From IMG/VR virus record IMGVR_UViG_3300046810_000338, positions 1 through 64,000 of that record: DNA of 64,000 bases, one strand, 5' to 3'. A program made the position numbers and the translations under genes. This document shows, one piece after another, positions 17,130 through 26,371 of the stretch. Under the pieces are notes generated by a model. It worked only from the letters and a program-made list of their open reading frames with translations, ran no database searches and had not been told where the DNA came from. The stretch's first letter is position 1. Every line of letters begins with the position of its first letter.

Positions 17130-18434
17130 ATGGAATCTGAAAAAGTAATGCTGCGTCACATCTTGGACAACGGCACCGAGAAAGATGATCGCACAGGTAA
17201 GGGCACTCATTCGGTGTTCGGCTACCTGCAACGCTATTCACTGGAAGGCACGTTTCCGGCTGGCACTCTGCGCCGGATTCCTTTCATGGCCTCGGTGCAT
17301 GAAATGGTTTGGATTGTGTCGGGCAGTGGTCGTTTGAAATACCTGATCGACAACGGTGTCACCTTCTGGAACAAGTGGGTAAAACCAGGTACCGAAGTCT
17401 GGGGTCGTGAGCTGTCGCTTGAAGAACGCGAAGCGATATTCAATCGTCAATGCCAGGACGAAGATATCGATAAAGCTGAGCTCCGTCTTTACAAGGACGA
17501 GCATTGCGTTCTTAAAGAAAATCAGGCCGGTGTCCCTCTGGTGCCAATGTTGGATCACTTCAAGATCCCCACATACGAGCTGTTGGATGGCGATCTGGGC
17601 GCGGTGTACGGTGTGCAGTGGCGCAACATCGTGGACACCCGGCTGGTTGAAACAGAAGCCGAGGTCGAGGCCCTGAAAGGCCGTGGGTTCAAATGCCTGG
17701 GCGGCATGGAGCCTTTGGGTGAAGATTACTGCACCCACTTTGTGGTGCAGCGTAAAATCGATCAACTGGCCAATGCGATCGAGTTGCTCAAGAACAACCC
17801 AGACGACCGCGGTATTATCATCAACGCCTGGCATGTGCCTGCGCTGGACGAAATGGCACTGCGTCCTTGCCACACGCTGTTCCAGTTCAACACTCGCAAG
17901 CGTGGCTGGGAAGACGTTCTCAACGACATCGCCTTCTCTGAAGATGATTTCATGATCGGGCATGAGTTTGAAGAATCGGTCAAACACATGCGTTCCAGCG
18001 AACCGCAGTATGGTTTCCTGCCAGCCGCCAACGGTGGTAGCGGTTTCCGTCATCCGGACTACTACCAGGCCATCTACGACTTTGCGGAAGAACACGGGAT
18101 TGCCACTCGCTATCTGGACTGCATGTTGACCATGCGTTCGAATGATGCCCCGATTGGGCGGCCTTTCAACATCATCGGCTACTCGGTGTTGACCATGGTG
18201 CTGGCTCAGATTGTCGGCATGGTGCCAGGCGAATTCGTTCTGTCCAACGGCGACCTGCACATCTACAAGAACCAGGTGGATGCTGTTAACAAGATGTTGG
18301 CTCGCGACCCCATGCAGCCTGGGCGCGTCATGGTCAACCCAAAGCTTATCAACATCGACGACTTCGTGGCGTCCGATGTGCGACTGGTTGGCTATGAAAG
18401 CCATCCAGCCATTAATATTCCGGTAGCCAAGTAA
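17130..18434 (+). CDS. thyA: Thymidylate synthase with insertions
   Basis: DRTGKGT, GDLGAVYGVQWR, IDQL..AI..LKNNPDDR, ALRPCHTLFQF (catalytic Cys), MRSNDAPIGRPFN, GDLHIYKNQ. Confidence 0.97.
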   Translation: MESEKVMLRHILDNGTEKDDRTGKGTHSVFGYLQRYSLEGTFPAGTLRRIPFMASVHEMVWIVSGSGRLKYLIDNGVTFWNKWVKPGTEVWGRELSLEEREAIFNRQCQDEDIDKAELRLYKDEHCVLKENQAGVPLVPMLDHFKIPTYELLDGDLGAVYGVQWRNIVDTRLVETEAEVEALKGRGFKCLGGMEPLGEDYCTHFVVQRKIDQLANAIELLKNNPDDRGIIINAWHVPALDEMALRPCHTLFQFNTRKRGWEDVLNDIAFSEDDFMIGHEFEESVKHMRSSEPQYGFLPAANGGSGFRHPDYYQAIYDFAEEHGIATRYLDCMLTMRSNDAPIGRPFNIIGYSVLTMVLAQIVGMVPGEFVLSNGDLHIYKNQVDAVNKMLARDPMQPGRVMVNPKLINIDDFVASDVRLVGYESHPAINIPVAK

Positions 18435-18443
18435 GGGGGCCAC

Positions 18444-19007
18444 ATGTCACTTGAGTTGTTGGGCTGGGAAGAGTGCAGGGCGTTGCTTGAAAAGCGTCAA
18501 GGTGGCAAGGTTGAGGTTGAGGTGGTGTTGGAGCCAAGACCTTTTGGCAACATCATCTCAGTGAAGGACGGTGTTTCAACCATCCATTGCGTGGTGCCTG
18601 GGGTTAATCTCCTTGTAGCACCATCGGAGGAAGCTGCCGAACGCGCATGGCGTCATGCGTACGCAGCTGTATTCGATCATCTGCCGTACGCGGACCCCCT
18701 TGTTCTGACGGCTGCTCAAATAAAGGTAGCATTGGTTCGACAAGGCGTTGCTTCCCAGCAACGCTTTGATCGGGCTGGCAGCATTGAACACTGCCACTGG
18801 ATTGTCGATCAGGTTCTGGCAGGGGGCGGGGATAAGTCCCCCCTCATCCGGGAAGGCGTCATGGCGGAAAACAGAGAATGGGCCGCTGGGCAGGTTCTCG
18901 GAATAAACGTTAACTATGCTTGGGCACTTGCAACAGTCTATTTAAACGCCCAAGCAATCGCGTACATCGATCCACCATTGTTCGGTGGCAAACAAAGGAA
19001 GGTGTAA
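18444..19007 (+). CDS. Hypothetical protein (187 aa)
   Basis: Operon ORF. Confidence 0.7.
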   Translation: MSLELLGWEECRALLEKRQGGKVEVEVVLEPRPFGNIISVKDGVSTIHCVVPGVNLLVAPSEEAAERAWRHAYAAVFDHLPYADPLVLTAAQIKVALVRQGVASQQRFDRAGSIEHCHWIVDQVLAGGGDKSPLIREGVMAENREWAAGQVLGINVNYAWALATVYLNAQAIAYIDPPLFGGKQRKV

Positions 19008-19008
19008 T

Positions 19009-19368
19009 ATGCGTACCAGTGTACTGTTGTTTGACGGGTATCGTCCAGCCGAAGGTATCCTTGTTTCTATCAGCGACAAGGCTGCTGGCGAGCTGATCAA
19101 GAATGGACTCAGCGACTACGAATCGGGCGAGACTTACGTTCCTGATCTGAGCGCCATCGACTTGCGCCGCTGCCGTCCTGAGATCGAGGACATCTTTGCA
19201 GCGTGTCGTACTCAGATGCCTCAGAAAGATCAACTGGCCCGTGCGCTGGGACAGTTCGATTACCTGGCCTTTGGCAAGGACATCGAAGATCTGCTGAGTA
19301 AGGCCGAGGCCTCGGCTGCTCATGGCGAAGAACCTGATGATGGCGACCAGGCGAAACTCGACCTATGA
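19009..19368 (+). CDS. Hypothetical protein
   Basis: AAGGAAGG RBS, ATG at 19009. Confidence 0.7.
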   Translation: MRTSVLLFDGYRPAEGILVSISDKAAGELIKNGLSDYESGETYVPDLSAIDLRRCRPEIEDIFAACRTQMPQKDQLARALGQFDYLAFGKDIEDLLSKAEASAAHGEEPDDGDQAKLDL

Positions 19369-19646
19369 GTATCGATCTCCTCATCTTTGATGGGCAGATC
19401 GACAAAGAAGGACCTGTCGGTGGGGTGACTATTGGTTTCACCACCGATGGGTTTAAAGCTTTGATCGAAACAGGCCTGTTTAATATTCCGATGGTTGACG
19501 TTTCTGGCGGTTACCGCGGTATCAATCTGCGGGAACATCGCGGTTTCGTAATATCTATCTTTAGCAGGTATTCGCCGCTACCCGATCCAACCTTACCTGA
19601 AATCGTACGGGCTCTGAACCGGTATGCTTTCTTAATTCATCTTTAA
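19365..19646 (+). CDS. Hypothetical protein (93 aa)
   Basis: ATGA overlap. Confidence 0.7.
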   Translation: MSIDLLIFDGQIDKEGPVGGVTIGFTTDGFKALIETGLFNIPMVDVSGGYRGINLREHRGFVISIFSRYSPLPDPTLPEIVRALNRYAFLIHL

Positions 19647-19656
19647 GGAATTAGTT

Positions 19657-19896
19657 ATGTCGTATTTGCTGTTTACCGCTATGACGATGACTTCGTCGAC
19701 GGGTTCTACATCCAGTTCGTCTAACCAAGCCGCTGTTCCAGATCGTTCCACCTGCACCAGCCTGCGTAAAGATTACGTGGGCAACGTAGGTGCTGCTCAC
19801 TATAACGACAAGAGCACGTCAACCGTCAAAACCAAGGACGGCAACATCATCTTTACCACCAAGAAGACTGCCGAGTGTAAGTCTTTGGGCGAGTGA
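19657..19896 (+). CDS. Small Ser/Thr-rich protein with two Cys, possibly exported
   Basis: AAGGA RBS; short hydrophobic start, S/T linker, C...C. Confidence 0.6.
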   Translation: MSYLLFTAMTMTSSTGSTSSSSNQAAVPDRSTCTSLRKDYVGNVGAAHYNDKSTSTVKTKDGNIIFTTKKTAECKSLGE

Positions 19897-19961
19897 TTAA
19901 ACTCAAGTTCATTGCCAATATCTAAGTAGGGTATTGGCATTAACTGCATTAGGAACTTATC

Positions 19962-20966
19962 ATGGTCGCAATTGTAAATCCAAACATTCCCAAAGGCACT
20001 GTTCAAGTGGACGTCCATCGTGGTTACACGCGGTGGGAACGTTACGAGCTGGTTGATCCAGATAACTTGGATGCTGGCGGTGCATTGCCCAACGTCGGTG
20101 ATTGGGTCACCGACTACCATCCCAGCGGTAAAGACAAGGAGGATATCCACGGGATCATCTCCGCGGTTAACATGGTCGACCTTACGACCTATCGTTTTAC
20201 CACCATTCCTGTCCCACTGTCTGTAGTTGCCGGGCAGGAAACTCTGGACATCGTCGAGGAGTTGGAAGCCTCTCAAGCTCCGGTTACTGAGTCCGTAGAA
20301 GTATTTAGACTATCGCCTGGTGAGATTCCTATTCGTAATGAAAAGGGTGATCTGATAGGCAACGCGCATGTGGGCGCCGAGTTCCAGATGGAACCTCCTA
20401 ATCCCAACGATCTTAAGCCGCGATTCCTGGGTGGTCCTGGTCGCCCTGATCCGGCCATTTTGGCCAAGGCTAAGCTGGCAGCTCGTGTAGCGACGCGTGC
20501 GACGCTTAAAGCCATTCGCTGGACCATCGCATCGATTATCAGTTTGGTGATCATCGTGGTGGTTCTGACGGTCACCTATGGCTACAAACACATGAAGACC
20601 GATAACTTTACCTACGAGCGCAGTTGTTCCATGGCTCTGGATAAAGATCTGGTGATCACCGGCAAGCGGTCCTACACCTACAAGTATCAAGAGGTGTTTG
20701 GTTATCGCTTTACCGACACGTCAACTTCTTTCGAGAAGACCACCCTGGACGTGCGCAATATCGAAATGACGGTGGTGGGTCAGTACACCAAGCCCAAACC
20801 GATCGATCCAACTACCGGCGTCGCTCCTCCTGGGGAGGAACGCTGGTGGGCAATTCAGACTGGCATCGGTGACAAAGATGCTCGTGTACTCAAAGGTGCC
20901 GACAACTATACGTTCGTTGTAGGCAAGCGCGTGGGGGTAGTGACGTATGACTCATTCTGTCGATAG
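19962..20966 (+). CDS. Single-pass membrane protein (334 aa)
   Basis: TM segment WTIASIISLVIIVVVLTVTYGY; AGGA RBS. Confidence 0.8.
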   Translation: MVAIVNPNIPKGTVQVDVHRGYTRWERYELVDPDNLDAGGALPNVGDWVTDYHPSGKDKEDIHGIISAVNMVDLTTYRFTTIPVPLSVVAGQETLDIVEELEASQAPVTESVEVFRLSPGEIPIRNEKGDLIGNAHVGAEFQMEPPNPNDLKPRFLGGPGRPDPAILAKAKLAARVATRATLKAIRWTIASIISLVIIVVVLTVTYGYKHMKTDNFTYERSCSMALDKDLVITGKRSYTYKYQEVFGYRFTDTSTSFEKTTLDVRNIEMTVVGQYTKPKPIDPTTGVAPPGEERWWAIQTGIGDKDARVLKGADNYTFVVGKRVGVVTYDSFCR

Positions 20967-21432
20967 ACCCAAACCCAATCCAAACGCCATTCGTCCACCG
21001 GTTATTATGGACAACAGCGACGACGGTAAAGCTTATCCGGAATGGTTGAGTGTTTCATGGTTGCTGACGGCTGGTTTAAAGAAGGTCTGGGGGTTCGTTG
21101 AGGAGCACCACTTCGGCCTCTCCATGGGCGCTATAGCTGCGGCAATCATTTACGGTTGTTTTTTGGCCGTCCAATACAAGGCCTTGGACGATTACAAGAA
21201 TTACGCCATCAATCCAATCTACCTAGAAGTCAATCACGTCCGTGCCCATCGTGAATGGGTATTGGATTGTGTTCGCGGCGCTACCGGTGGGTGGCCGGGA
21301 TCAGGCACTGCCACACAAGGGGTGGTGGAAGGGTGCACTGCCACAGGTAAGGAACTCTATCCAGACAAAGACTGGGTCGAGATTGCTCGCCGTAACCACA
21401 AGCCAGAAATGGATGCAAGACTTTCCAACTAG
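20947..21432 (+). CDS. Membrane protein (161 aa)
   Basis: Hydrophobic segment FGLSMGAIAAAIIYGCFLAVQY. Confidence 0.7.
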   Translation: MTHSVDRPKPNPNAIRPPVIMDNSDDGKAYPEWLSVSWLLTAGLKKVWGFVEEHHFGLSMGAIAAAIIYGCFLAVQYKALDDYKNYAINPIYLEVNHVRAHREWVLDCVRGATGGWPGSGTATQGVVEGCTATGKELYPDKDWVEIARRNHKPEMDARLSN

Positions 21433-21442
21433 GAGAACCCTC

Positions 21443-21757
21443 ATGGGATTCACTACAGAACAAGCTAAACGACTGCGCGAAGTAAAAGACACTGCTAAAT
21501 GGCCGGAAGGTTATCTCAGTCGTCACGAGATCTGTCAGCAGTTGAACAGTCATTTCAATGCGGTGGTCAATGTTGTTATGGGTACCGGGCCGCAGGAGGA
21601 TGGCAAGGCGCATGCTGTCACGGACGACGATCAGGTGGTCGTCTTTGTGGCAATTGACCTGACCACGGAAAGCCTGCTCAGTGGCCAAGCAGACATCGAT
21701 GCCTGGCTGGAAGCGTACCGGATGATTTTCGAACGCGAAGCAAGAATCGAACACTAA
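21443..21757 (+). CDS. Hypothetical protein
   Basis: AGGAG RBS, ATG at 21443. Confidence 0.75.
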   Translation: MGFTTEQAKRLREVKDTAKWPEGYLSRHEICQQLNSHFNAVVNVVMGTGPQEDGKAHAVTDDDQVVVFVAIDLTTESLLSGQADIDAWLEAYRMIFEREARIEH

Positions 21758-21766
21758 CATTTTCAT

Positions 21767-21803
21767 CATAAATGCCCAGGCTTCTTAGGCCTGGGCATTT
21801 ATG
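21767..21803. terminator. Long inverted repeat terminator incorporating CATAA/TTATG
   Basis: CATAAATGCCCAGGC-ttctta-GGCCTGGGCATTTATG. Confidence 0.75.
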
Positions 21804-21820
21804 CCATTGGGAGATAAATC

Positions 21821-22249
21821 ATGAACCAGCCAGTTGGAATTGATCGGCTTATTTGGCTGCACCGCAACTATCTGCAAACACAGGCAGCTTTCTGGAAAGA
21901 GGGTGAGATTTATAAGGCCCATATGGGGCAGATTGGAATGCCATCCGGCTATGGTCAACCCTTCAGCCAACCCACCATGGGTCAGCCTGCCCAAACATAC
22001 GGCCATTGGCCGGCTGGGGGACAGAGGTTGTTCATTATGGTCTCGCGGTTCAGCCAAGTAGAACTGCCAGGACCCCATCCACAAGCTCACATGCAACCGC
22101 CTATGCCGGCAGGCATACTCTGCTACGGCATTCTATTGGATGAAGACGGTCTTGTGTACCGGAGCAACCAGTTGCTTAATCCGGTGCGTGTCAGTGATGG
22201 GATGGAATTGAATGTACAGCACCAACGCCAAAGGCAAGAGCTACTCTAA
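21821..22249 (+). CDS. Gln/Pro/Gly-rich hypothetical protein (142 aa)
   Basis: GGAG RBS; low-complexity middle. Confidence 0.7.
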   Translation: MNQPVGIDRLIWLHRNYLQTQAAFWKEGEIYKAHMGQIGMPSGYGQPFSQPTMGQPAQTYGHWPAGGQRLFIMVSRFSQVELPGPHPQAHMQPPMPAGILCYGILLDEDGLVYRSNQLLNPVRVSDGMELNVQHQRQRQELL

Positions 22250-22643
22250 CAAATCGATCAAGGCAGGTAAAAAGACAGATGAGGTTAAAATCGGATGTCT
22301 TGTTATTGAGCATGTACCCACGGGCAAGTTCATCGCTAGTGCTTCCAAAAGTGTCAGCGCTGATGTTGGGGTGGTGTTACAAAACCTCCCTCCAAAAATG
22401 CAGGCCTTGTGTAAGCACGAAGATGACTTGAGGGTGTATGAGTATTCTACTAAGACTGTCCGGGAGGCCGAAAAGGTTCTCCGTGAAATCAAAGACAGCG
22501 TGGAGCCAAAGTATCTTTTTCTAGGGGATAACTCATTGGAGAAGAAACCATGCCCAGTAAAAGTGAAAAGCAAGCCCGCACCATGCGCGGTGCCGCCCAC
22601 AACAAAGAGTTCGCGGACAAAGTCGGTATCCCCCAAGACGTAG
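22212..22643 (+). CDS. Hypothetical protein, degenerate GIY-YIG-like N-terminus
   Basis: GCLVIEHVPTGKFIASASKS loosely parallels GIYxI...GKxYIGSS but the catalytic tyrosines are absent. Confidence 0.5.
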   Translation: MYSTNAKGKSYSNKSIKAGKKTDEVKIGCLVIEHVPTGKFIASASKSVSADVGVVLQNLPPKMQALCKHEDDLRVYEYSTKTVREAEKVLREIKDSVEPKYLFLGDNSLEKKPCPVKVKSKPAPCAVPPTTKSSRTKSVSPKT

Positions 22644-22696
22644 CTAAAGAGTACGTGGAGGCGGATAAGGCTGCCGCTAAATCCAAACGCAAATAA
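22550..22696 (+). CDS. Small basic phage protein (48 aa), missed by ORF track
   Basis: GGAG RBS; MPSKSEKQARTMRGAAHNKEFADKVGIPQDVAKEYVEADKAAAKSKRK, a sequence type I recognise from many phages. Confidence 0.75.
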   Translation: MPSKSEKQARTMRGAAHNKEFADKVGIPQDVAKEYVEADKAAAKSKRK

Positions 22697-22741
22697 CTAA
22701 GGGATCGATGCCGGGAAACCGGCATCGGTTTATGGTCATGT

Positions 22742-23131
22742 ATGTTGATGTTAAGCAATCGTGAACAGGTGGCCATCAGTGCCTTCCAAATCAATTCTGT
22801 TACTTTTAAGGATGGGACTTATTCTGGTCCTAACTTTGCAGGTGATCCCACTCACACCTGGATTCAGGACGCCATTCGTGACAAGGTGCTCTGCGTCTCG
22901 ATTGGTAGCACTGAACAGGAAGAAGTTGAATGGGTAGTCAAGTATCCAAACGGTGATTCTTATCTTGCGTGCGCGGGTGATTATCTGGTACTCCTGACCA
23001 ACGGGAGCATCCATGTAATCCCAGCGGGCTTTCTTGAGGCGGTGTTCTTCATTCCGTCTGAAGAACAAGCCGCCGTAGGCAAAGCCTTAGTTGATCAAGC
23101 CACAACCAACGGAAATACCCATGGCACTTAA
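22742..23131 (+). CDS. Hypothetical protein (PGDYG-like motif)
   Basis: YLACAGDYLV..TNGSIHVIPAGFLEAVF resembles the common phage A..GD(Y/W)II...G..YP....F motif. Confidence 0.6.
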   Translation: MLMLSNREQVAISAFQINSVTFKDGTYSGPNFAGDPTHTWIQDAIRDKVLCVSIGSTEQEEVEWVVKYPNGDSYLACAGDYLVLLTNGSIHVIPAGFLEAVFFIPSEEQAAVGKALVDQATTNGNTHGT

Positions 23132-23414
23132 CTACGCTTACAAGCCACAGGCCTTTGTTGACCGGGCCCGTGATAAGGTTACCTGGTCCATCTCAGAGGT
23201 GTATCGGGACGGGTTTAATCAGTCCGGCCACTTCCCTAACCCGAACGACCTGATCGTCACTACCGGTAACACACCGCGTACTGGCAAACGGTTTTGCATG
23301 ACCGATCGAGTAGTCTCTGTGGACTACGATCGACTGGTTTACACTGTCGAAGAAGTTGAGCTGAAAGAGTTCGATCAGCAGCCAATCCCCGACTTCCAGA
23401 CACCTACTACCTAA
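23121..23414 (+). CDS. Hypothetical protein sharing a domain with the N-terminus of 19962-20966
   Basis: W...EV...G..PNP.D.IV...VVSVDYDRL.Y. Confidence 0.7.
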   Translation: MALNYAYKPQAFVDRARDKVTWSISEVYRDGFNQSGHFPNPNDLIVTTGNTPRTGKRFCMTDRVVSVDYDRLVYTVEEVELKEFDQQPIPDFQTPTT

Positions 23415-23507
23415 CACGGCATAGAGCCTTGTCCAAAGAGGACAAGGCTCTGTTGTCAAGTATAATTTTTTGGCAGTATAGTAAAAACCATCTGGGAGAA
23501 TGTTGTA

Positions 23508-23921
23508 ATGAAAACCCCTTTGCTAACTTTCAACACTGTTACCCGCAACGGTACTCGTTATGAAGTAACCGATGCATTGCCGGCGCTTATCGAGCGCATT
23601 AATGCCCGTGGACAACTGAGCGGTGGTGTTCCTATCGCTAACAAGATCCGTCTCAACGAGAACGGCCGTATCTCGACTGTGGCCAGCGGCGACGTCGTAG
23701 GACACGTTCTGGACGTGGAGCTGGTTGAAGACGAACATGGTATTCGCCTGATGGGCGAAGTCGTTCTGAATGCAGTTGGGGCGACCATGCGCCTGGATTT
23801 GCAAACCGACATCTGCCCTGCGGCCATTATCTCTTCGCGCCTGGTTGACCGGGTGCGGATCAAGGCACTCAAGGAGGTTCCATACTTTTCCGTATGGGGG
23901 TCTCCGACTCTTCGTCGTTAA
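23508..23921 (+). CDS. Hypothetical protein (weak prohead-protease-like fold)
   Basis: VVGHVLDVELVE...RLMGEVVL resembles part of phage head proteases; no catalytic Ser motif. Confidence 0.6.
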   Translation: MKTPLLTFNTVTRNGTRYEVTDALPALIERINARGQLSGGVPIANKIRLNENGRISTVASGDVVGHVLDVELVEDEHGIRLMGEVVLNAVGATMRLDLQTDICPAAIISSRLVDRVRIKALKEVPYFSVWGSPTLRR

Positions 23922-23930
23922 GGAAAGACC

Positions 23931-24857
23931 ATGTCTGACAACATTGCACAATTGCAGGGCTTGATTAAAGTCCTGCGTAAGAAGAGCGATCAAATCGCCT
24001 TGCTGTTTCTGGGGGTATTAGCCAAGTGGTTGGAAACTGATAAAACCATCTGGGCTAACAACGTTGAGACTTCCTACCACAACTCTCGTAAGGAGGGTAC
24101 GACAGTTGCTGTGTTCAGCAACATGTTGGGCAAGGTTGGAATGCAATCCGATGATCTACCATTCTTTCAAGTGCAGGCAGAGCGCCGAGGTAAACGATTG
24201 CCAGAGAGTGTTGTTCTGCCCATGTTTGGATTGGCCGAGTATTTTGGCGAACACTACGACCTGGGCGGCAATCCGGCGAGGCACAGGGCTACTCTGGGAC
24301 AGATGCTGGTTCCTTTTATAACCTTTGCCAGCGTCATGCTCAGAAGCCGGAAGATGAAGCTGTGGTCAGTGGAAGTGGGGGACTATAAAAAACGCGAGCC
24401 TCTGGTGCTCACGTTCACCTCCTCTACTTCTGTTCTACGCCTTGCATTGTTCGGCCACATCCTGGTGCATGAGAGCGAGGTGATTCGAGCACACTACGCC
24501 CCTCGCATTCCTTTGTATCTGCCAGACGGTGAAATCTGTAAGATCGAGGACTGGACCGAAGAGCGCCTCGTTAAGCACCTGGATGCCAAAGTTGAGCGAG
24601 TGCTCTACACGCCCTTTGAAGGGGGCTTGGTTCCCATTGGTAACTACGGCAATGTCTTTCTCTCAGCAGGCTCTGTGCGAGCCGACGTGAGTCTGCATAA
24701 CCAGGATGCTATCCATGGGCATCTGATGGAACTGTCTCTGGATTCTTATCTGGAGGAAGACCCACAGCGCAGTAAAACGAAATACCGACGTGGCTTCATT
24801 ACTCGGCAGCGTTCCTACCGATTGGTTGCCACACTTGTTCCCGCTGAGGACGCCTGA
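23931..24857 (+). CDS. Hypothetical protein (308 aa)
   Basis: AAGGA RBS. Confidence 0.8.
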   Translation: MSDNIAQLQGLIKVLRKKSDQIALLFLGVLAKWLETDKTIWANNVETSYHNSRKEGTTVAVFSNMLGKVGMQSDDLPFFQVQAERRGKRLPESVVLPMFGLAEYFGEHYDLGGNPARHRATLGQMLVPFITFASVMLRSRKMKLWSVEVGDYKKREPLVLTFTSSTSVLRLALFGHILVHESEVIRAHYAPRIPLYLPDGEICKIEDWTEERLVKHLDAKVERVLYTPFEGGLVPIGNYGNVFLSAGSVRADVSLHNQDAIHGHLMELSLDSYLEEDPQRSKTKYRRGFITRQRSYRLVATLVPAEDA

Positions 24858-25309
24858 TGAACACTACCGTCATACGAGTGGCATGTTCTGCACATGCCAT
24901 GATTGCTAAGTTGACTACGGCAGAGATTGCCGAACAACTGCGGGCTTCTGCTTATCGAGCAGTGCATCCCGATGTAGGTTGGAACAACGAAGACCTGACA
25001 CTGCTGGGGCAGGTTGTGGACGCACAGGAGGAAGATGGTGCTCTTAAGGTAACCATCTCTCACCCTGATCCAGATCTCTTCACCAGCAACCTGGTAGAGC
25101 CTACGCTGGTCACTACCATGCAGCCAGGTATCCGTGCAGGTGAGGCCGGGGTTTACATCTACCGGATCGTGTTGCAGGTGACCTCTGTACGCGGCAATAC
25201 CCATCACATCGCCACGGGTACCAAGGTTTATGCTCAGGGATCTTTCGATCGCCAGACCAATTACGGAAGTGATGGTCCGGCAGTTATTCGTCCGCTCAAG
25301 AAACGGTGA
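24857..25309 (+). CDS. Hypothetical protein (150 aa)
   Basis: TGATG coupling. Confidence 0.75.
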   Translation: MNTTVIRVACSAHAMIAKLTTAEIAEQLRASAYRAVHPDVGWNNEDLTLLGQVVDAQEEDGALKVTISHPDPDLFTSNLVEPTLVTTMQPGIRAGEAGVYIYRIVLQVTSVRGNTHHIATGTKVYAQGSFDRQTNYGSDGPAVIRPLKKR

Positions 25310-25312
25310 TGT

Positions 25313-25816
25313 ATGCTTTACATTTACGGGGAAGCACACTTTCAAAAAGAGTCGGTGGACTTCATTGCTAAAGAGATCCGCCGTCTCAAACCCATCGTTC
25401 TGATTCATGAGTTACTGGGCGATGCGGTATTGTCCAAGCCTGATGTGAAAGCCCAACTGAAGATCTGTGATGGCCAACAATGGTGTGATCCTCAGACCAA
25501 CAAAGACATCTTCGAGTTAGCAGCCAGTATGGGCATTGTCCTGTTCGGCTGCGATCTCAGCGAGGGAGACAAACTGCTCAACGCCAAGTTGTCCTTGGCT
25601 AAGCAGTTCGAGGCTCGTGAGCGACGAATGCTTGAAGTCATGCGTACGGTCCCTAACACCCGTTTTGCTACAGTGGTGGCGGTGGTGGGCGACATTCACC
25701 TGCGGGACAAGGTGGTTCCAGAGTTGGGGGCGATTTCTGCAATTACCTTGGCGGTAAAATCTGGTCGATTGAAGGCAGACATTATTCGCTGTGATGAAAA
25801 ATTCAGGGAGGCGTAA
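25313..25816 (+). CDS. TIKI/TraB/ChaN/EreA-superfamily protein
   Basis: IYGEAH, LIHE, ARERRM, AVVGDIHL motif set in the expected order. Confidence 0.6.
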   Translation: MLYIYGEAHFQKESVDFIAKEIRRLKPIVLIHELLGDAVLSKPDVKAQLKICDGQQWCDPQTNKDIFELAASMGIVLFGCDLSEGDKLLNAKLSLAKQFEARERRMLEVMRTVPNTRFATVVAVVGDIHLRDKVVPELGAISAITLAVKSGRLKADIIRCDEKFREA

Positions 25817-25817
25817 C

Positions 25818-26369
25818 GTGGGTGAGATAGTAGAACAAAAGATTCTAGTGCGCGCAAGGCAAGCTGGCAAGCATCACGAGGCCATGGAAACGTTTGAACG
25901 CATGGTTACGGTCCTAGCCGAAAACTGTGAAGTGGCCGGCTATTTGCTTATGGCCATTCGTTCGGCAGGTAAGCGACTTACCGCTTCTCAAATGACCCGA
26001 CTGTGCTTTGAGATTATGCCCAATGCCGAGGATGAAACCCTCATGGATGGTTTCATCTTTGGTTATCGGTTTACCGCGGAGAAGGTCACTGAGATCCTGC
26101 GACTGGAAACCATTGGTCTCCAGGCCAGTAATGTGGTTGACCTGTTTGACCCGGTAAAACGTTTGGTCAATAAGAGCATTCTGGTCGGTGGGCTCAAGCA
26201 TTACGAGTCCATTGTGTTCGCTTCTCTAGCGGGTGCCTTTGTCAGAGATCTGGTGAAGAACCCAAGCAAAGCTTTAAGCTATTCCGAGATTAACGATCGG
26301 GCAGCGGTAACCATGCGTCGTCGTAATCAGAACGGCTGTCTCAGGCTGACTTTATCTACGAGGTTGTAA
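25818..26369 (+). CDS. Hypothetical protein
   Basis: GGAGG RBS, GTG start. Confidence 0.7.
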   Translation: MGEIVEQKILVRARQAGKHHEAMETFERMVTVLAENCEVAGYLLMAIRSAGKRLTASQMTRLCFEIMPNAEDETLMDGFIFGYRFTAEKVTEILRLETIGLQASNVVDLFDPVKRLVNKSILVGGLKHYESIVFASLAGAFVRDLVKNPSKALSYSEINDRAAVTMRRRNQNGCLRLTLSTRL

Positions 26370-26371
26370 TC

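Noticed and set aside
17130-18434. ThyA as a dCMP hydroxymethylase indicating modified DNA
   Set aside because: It keeps the Asn of PFN that specifies dUMP, and no base-modification genes were recognised nearby.
22212-22643. Active GIY-YIG homing endonuclease
   Set aside because: The GIY/YIG tyrosines and the catalytic Arg/Glu pattern are not recognisable; at most a degenerate fold.
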